The notes under the pieces: model-generated
The model's input: the letters and a program-made list of their open reading frames with translations, nothing else
Told to the model about the DNA's origin: nothing
The model's database searches: none
Program-made: the position numbers and the translations under genes
Shown here: positions 61,101 to 64,000 of the stretch, in pieces
Layout of the letters: the number at the start of each line of letters is the position of its first letter
Position numbering within the stretch: the stretch's first letter is position 1
DNA from: Prorocentrum cordatum
Lineage: Eukaryota
Reading direction: 5' to 3'
Assembly (NCBI GenBank): GCA_963575745.1
Contig: CAUYUJ010000126.1
Location: 124,001-188,000 of the forward strand
DNA: 64,000 bases

Positions 61101-64000
61101 CAGAGGTCGCGCAGGCAGTTCAGGTCGGGTTTGCCGATAGCGAGTCGGCAGTTGTACTGGGAAGCGACGCATCCAGCATTGGTCATCATGTGAATAAATG
61201 TTTACAAGTCGCGTGTGCGAACCTGCGTGGGGGGCGGTGGCGCCGGCATGCATTGCGATGGTTTAAAACAGAATGTAGAAACGACATGGCGTCAGGGGGT
61301 GGCAGTGGCAATTCGATGGAGAGGAAAAATCTCCAATCTGTGCAGACATGGCTGTGTGACGAGCGCGCGTTTGTGTGGGTGTATGAAGCGAAGGACGTGC
61401 AGCAATTAATGACAGCCGCGGTGCGGCATAGATGGAAGCTTGGCGACGTCCACGGCGCGTGCGCAGGAGCAGTAATATGGATGTCTAGTAAGCACGTTGT
61501 TCGCGTGGTCAGCGGGGGAGATGTGCTCGCACGCGACGCTGTAGAGGGAGAGGCAGAGCATGCTCCCTGGCTTCATTCTTCGGTTGGGGGTAGCACGTCG
61601 GTGCCATCATCCAACGTCGCTCAGGTAGCGCCGACATGCGCGGAGGGTGCAAGTGCGAATAGCGATGTGGCAGTGGAAGAGCGGCACGATACGGGAGGGG
61701 GCGCAACCGTGCAGGACATTCTGGCGAAACGCCCAAACGAGAGCACATTGTTGGAGCTCGTGCGACCGGCTGTGCCAGAAGAGGATCTGGCGGCCGCGTT
61801 ATATGGTGACTCCGCTCGCGCCGTGCTTGAGGACGGGGCCTGGGCGTGCGCTCGACATCGGATAAAGGGTATGCCGAACATTGGAAATTCGTGTTTTGCA
61901 AACGCCGCCATGCAAGTGTTGCTGCGTTTGGGACCTATTCGGCACGCAGTGTTGCATCATCGACGCGGATGCAGCGTCCGACGGCGTCATCAGTGCGGAG
62001 TTTGTGCGTTGGCACAGCAGGCGGATCTGATGGGCGCATCCCTGGGCGACCTTCCTGTAGATAAAGGCGAACAAGTTCCAGGAGTGAGAGCGGTGCGCGG
62101 TGGCTTGTTTCAGCGCGGTCGCACGAATGATTTTAGGGGCACTCGCCAGTGCGACGCAAGCGAGCTGTGGAGCGCATTAGTTGATGCTGTCTGTGTTGCG
62201 GAGGTGAGTGCGTTGACGGGCATGGGAATCCTTGCGCAGCACTACACAGTGGTAGACGGGTCTATACTGGGAAACACAATCCGTCAAAGGCGGTTTTGCG
62301 GGGGGTGCGGTTGGGTTTCGGATGTGTACAGACGAGAACGATCCATGACAATCCAAATGTGGGAATATGCGGATATGTTGGGTCCAGTTGGTCTTGATCA
62401 TCTGGTGGTGTTGGAATCCACGCGAGCTCAGCACGGTTTGCCATGCCCACATCGACCCGCCTTGCAACGCGGAGAGGTGTGGCACGGGTGCCAGGGCCCG
62501 TCGCAAACTCATGACGTGCCATCGGAGACGCCCGCAAGGTTCCTTGTTGTGGTGCTGAGCAGAAGAATGGCGGACGGAATGACCAGAGTGAATGGCCGCG
62601 TAAGCGTGCCAAGGGCGTTCGAGTGGCCGGGGGCGTCGGGCTGGACATATCGCTTCCAGGGCGCGATTTGCCATCTGGAGCAGCCAGCTCATTACGTCGC
62701 CTACTTCGACTGCCCCGGAGTCGGTGTCGTGAGGTTCGACGACAACGTAGTTGCGCGGATGGAGTTCCAAGATTTTGCAGAGAATCAGAAGAACCAGGGA
62801 GACATTGCCCTTGTGGTATTTTCCAAGCACCCGACGGACGCAGACGCGCCGACAGATGCCGCCAATGAAACGGCGTCGTCAACTGAGGGGCCGCTGTCGT
62901 TGCGCGACAGACACCCAATGTCGTCAGCAACAACGGACACGGCAAAAGCTATACACGAGCTGGGTGTAGCTAGCCGTGGCCATGCACAATCGGTCGCCCA
63001 CGACGGCGCTGCCAAACCGGCTCTGGAAAGCGAGGTTGCTTTGGGCCGCGTCGATGGAGAGTCGAGCTCGATGCGCGCGCCATCGAGGGCGGGTGATGGT
63101 GTAGATGGTGCGTCTCCGTCTTTGCATGGCCCTCCTGTCGGCCGCCGTCAGCCAGAGGGGGGCGCAGGTTCCACAGAGGGTGCGCGGGTGAAGCGAACGA
63201 GGCGCCGGGGGAAGCAGAAAGAAACGTTTTGCGAGTCGTATAGACCGAGCGCGACAGAGCCCACGCCGTGTTCGTCCATGATGCGTGGTCTTTCGTGCAG
63301 AAACGATCCCGAGGCAGGCGCAGGCACGGTCGCGGGTGCGGCAACAGCAGACGACAACGACAAGCCAGTTCAGGAGGGTGCCGCAGTTGGTGCAGCCCCA
63401 AAGGCGGATGCGACGCAAGAGATGTTTTTTTCAGCACGCGTCAACCCAGCGTCGAACGATCCCCGTCGGGCACGGGAAGGAGCGGTGGCAACGGCAGCGA
63501 AGTTGTTGCGGGAGATGCCTACTGCGCCCGCGGATCCAGAGGACCCGAATAAACCGTGGGGGACTGCTTTGGTCGAGAACGACGCGGTAGAACTGCCACC
63601 AACTCATTGTGCTTTCCGAGGTTGCCCATGGACTGGCGTAGACGAGTCTGAGCTTCTGAACCATGTCTGCGTAGCACACGGAGATGTCGTGCAGCCGATC
63701 GCGGACATGTATTCGCCCGCGCACTCGCTGCAGAAGCGAATGCTCACTGCTTACAGTGAACTCGTCGCGTTCGCTGTGCGGCAAGGAGCACCAGTATCGT
63801 CGTATGCGACGCACCGGAGAAGTTTGAAAGCGTACGCAGAAACAGTGACACAGGAAAAGGTAGCATCGCCGATCTGTTTCATGTGCGGCTGTTCGTTTCC
63901 GTGGGTGTCGGGACGGAAAAATAATAATATTTCGTGGGAGCGAGTGTTTGGGAGCGACGCGCGGGATGGTAGTGGACTGACGCACATGGGAGCGTGGTCT
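58115..64000 (+). CDS. Giant polyprotein, at least 1,962 aa, 3'-partial: USP (peptidase C19) domain ~61865-62827, second USP-like Cys box at ~60077-60124, C2H2 zinc finger 63608-63679; probable N-terminal half of a Helitron-type Rep/helicase protein
   Basis: Manual translation of the frame finds no stop after TAG 58058-58060 through base 64000; the first ATG is in gccATGg context. USP boxes: GMPNIGNSCFANAAMQVL, RQCDASELW, CGGC, PARFLVVVLSR, YRFQGAICHLEQPAHYVAY, RFDDNVV. Finger: C-x4-C-x12-H-x4-H. Confidence 0.85.
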   Translation, partial: MAAGAGSNDGIHKVSPARGYVATLARGYVASPFQLGLRAEGYPMREFTSKYRERDVSGGLVPRGGLPGGIVPDGQVGADERNGKKDAADVRAARGTWTRAETSGGESMVERSEGHRTIGRWEWCCRGRRRSAERGCAVRRGGAQPARSIDSVVVHGLHRSGKRSQILKFVHSRAGPDCNRRVVVGCRRCGATVRRDRAARCGLAVVFHCGGGAGRSRCRDGAGGRSDERRCAGRRGGVRSMCGCGRSSGIVATRSRGGAAVVCRRHGGAVVRIRYGGKCCGRVEQVWVAAICRCRGCVVRCLYSIGVGRTCLRVCVRLDVAAVHRQTGGGARGSCRGNHDSHSCCGGVYLPGGYKSPAGGPARAGGRRYRRFFKTAHERQRGLNVSLVRARVGAGAVDLPAGYKFPALCTRARGCGVAAELLEDARGSRTGKGTADLRDVRCCCIIVKSASMGDACAQHARGGMESEVSEKRRVTREPWNRGSNGCAEYCAEWTMVGCHGRRLLIRSALARLLMCVSERPPLCLDWRSFVCPFVQLVDGVHFRAVVGHGGDAAFGFPCVDQSPVLAILRLCAMLGSRAARDGFRKWRDDVHSETLEECVALTEKTLQGATLECGLDGFGSWERLARAWPLFPPAAAEASETGRRGEPVATPPLKRLQNPENYCWINAALHAVLAPRIARDAVRSAPSAPARHWHADVARRMRCGGACQNTVLVVQTICVTTCNSDVLLGMRPWCTFQGLVDETTSALRFSKEHPVPVILLLEGCRPAAGLRVPRAQPISAIALLDPPWEELCARGAPDVGRGDIARGAQRRRWPWRAWLARGRVHPLLRGSRRRAKRSHIFEFAFLGMARLGKKNCWGKRRSSTRGSCQTRQRSYSVLRGRRCRGKFSQIFKFASPSFSRRSGAGTERSFCDVLRVSMFLGLARPANVMVARRLGVLRSDVRARTVACAGVHPDRRSPGMGVNRKDSTTLPACWSNGRDARAVLGKTTLGDWVLQAEVAQAVQVGFADSESAVVLGSDASSIGHHVNKCLQVACANLRGGRWRRHALRWFKTECRNDMASGGGSGNSMERKNLQSVQTWLCDERAFVWVYEAKDVQQLMTAAVRHRWKLGDVHGACAGAVIWMSSKHVVRVVSGGDVLARDAVEGEAEHAPWLHSSVGGSTSVPSSNVAQVAPTCAEGASANSDVAVEERHDTGGGATVQDILAKRPNESTLLELVRPAVPEEDLAAALYGDSARAVLEDGAWACARHRIKGMPNIGNSCFANAAMQVLLRLGPIRHAVLHHRRGCSVRRRHQCGVCALAQQADLMGASLGDLPVDKGEQVPGVRAVRGGLFQRGRTNDFRGTRQCDASELWSALVDAVCVAEVSALTGMGILAQHYTVVDGSILGNTIRQRRFCGGCGWVSDVYRRERSMTIQMWEYADMLGPVGLDHLVVLESTRAQHGLPCPHRPALQRGEVWHGCQGPSQTHDVPSETPARFLVVVLSRRMADGMTRVNGRVSVPRAFEWPGASGWTYRFQGAICHLEQPAHYVAYFDCPGVGVVRFDDNVVARMEFQDFAENQKNQGDIALVVFSKHPTDADAPTDAANETASSTEGPLSLRDRHPMSSATTDTAKAIHELGVASRGHAQSVAHDGAAKPALESEVALGRVDGESSSMRAPSRAGDGVDGASPSLHGPPVGRRQPEGGAGSTEGARVKRTRRRGKQKETFCESYRPSATEPTPCSSMMRGLSCRNDPEAGAGTVAGAATADDNDKPVQEGAAVGAAPKADATQEMFFSARVNPASNDPRRAREGAVATAAKLLREMPTAPADPEDPNKPWGTALVENDAVELPPTHCAFRGCPWTGVDESELLNHVCVAHGDVVQPIADMYSPAHSLQKRMLTAYSELVAFAVRQGAPVSSYATHRRSLKAYAETVTQEKVASPICFMCGCSFPWVSGRKNNNISWERVFGSDARDGSGLTHMGAWS

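Larger units (their letters stand above)
51840..64000 (+). mobile_element. Putative giant Helitron-like element, 5' portion (boundaries not determined)
   Basis: Inferred from the co-oriented RPA-like gene and intronless protease/zinc-finger giant ORF. The HUH Rep and Pif1 domains themselves are not within the window. Confidence 0.5.

Noticed and set aside
58565..63987. Many short ORFs listed on both strands
   Set aside because: They are shadows of the single long + frame starting at 58115.

Overview
This is GC-rich, repeat-saturated eukaryotic DNA; repeat style and intron signals suggest a dinoflagellate, possibly Prorocentrum-like (inference). Nearly all ORFs in the supplied track over 1-51 kb are artefacts of trinucleotide microsatellites, minisatellites and a ~98-bp satellite. 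The real signal lies in four places. (1) 51.8-64 kb is a co-oriented gene cassette. It holds two decayed paralogues of an unknown gene, an intact two-exon RPA70-like tandem OB-fold gene, and a stop-free ORF of at least 1,962 codons (58115 to window end, absent from the ORF track). That ORF encodes a complete USP/C19 deubiquitinase domain, a second USP-like Cys box and a C2H2 finger. The genes are separated by three copies of a ~270-bp element with a conserved H-type pseudoknot. This probably represents the 5' half of a giant Helitron-type element. (2) 36.5-43.2 kb contains an inverted pair of decayed genes with the motifs of the aGPT-pyrophosphorylase / amino-acid:DNA-transferase family, which hypermodifies 5-hydroxymethyluracil in phages. 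(3) 29.4-38.3 kb contains five same-orientation copies (one nested) of a non-autonomous Helitron2/Helentron-like element. It has asymmetric 11-bp inverted repeats, no target-site duplication and T-run targets, and two copies split coding sequences cleanly. A second family of similar design is also present. (4) One ~20-bp box (TTTCGCTYGAGACATCCTCG) is reused in four otherwise unrelated repeat arrays. No rRNA, tRNA or CRISPR array is supported.
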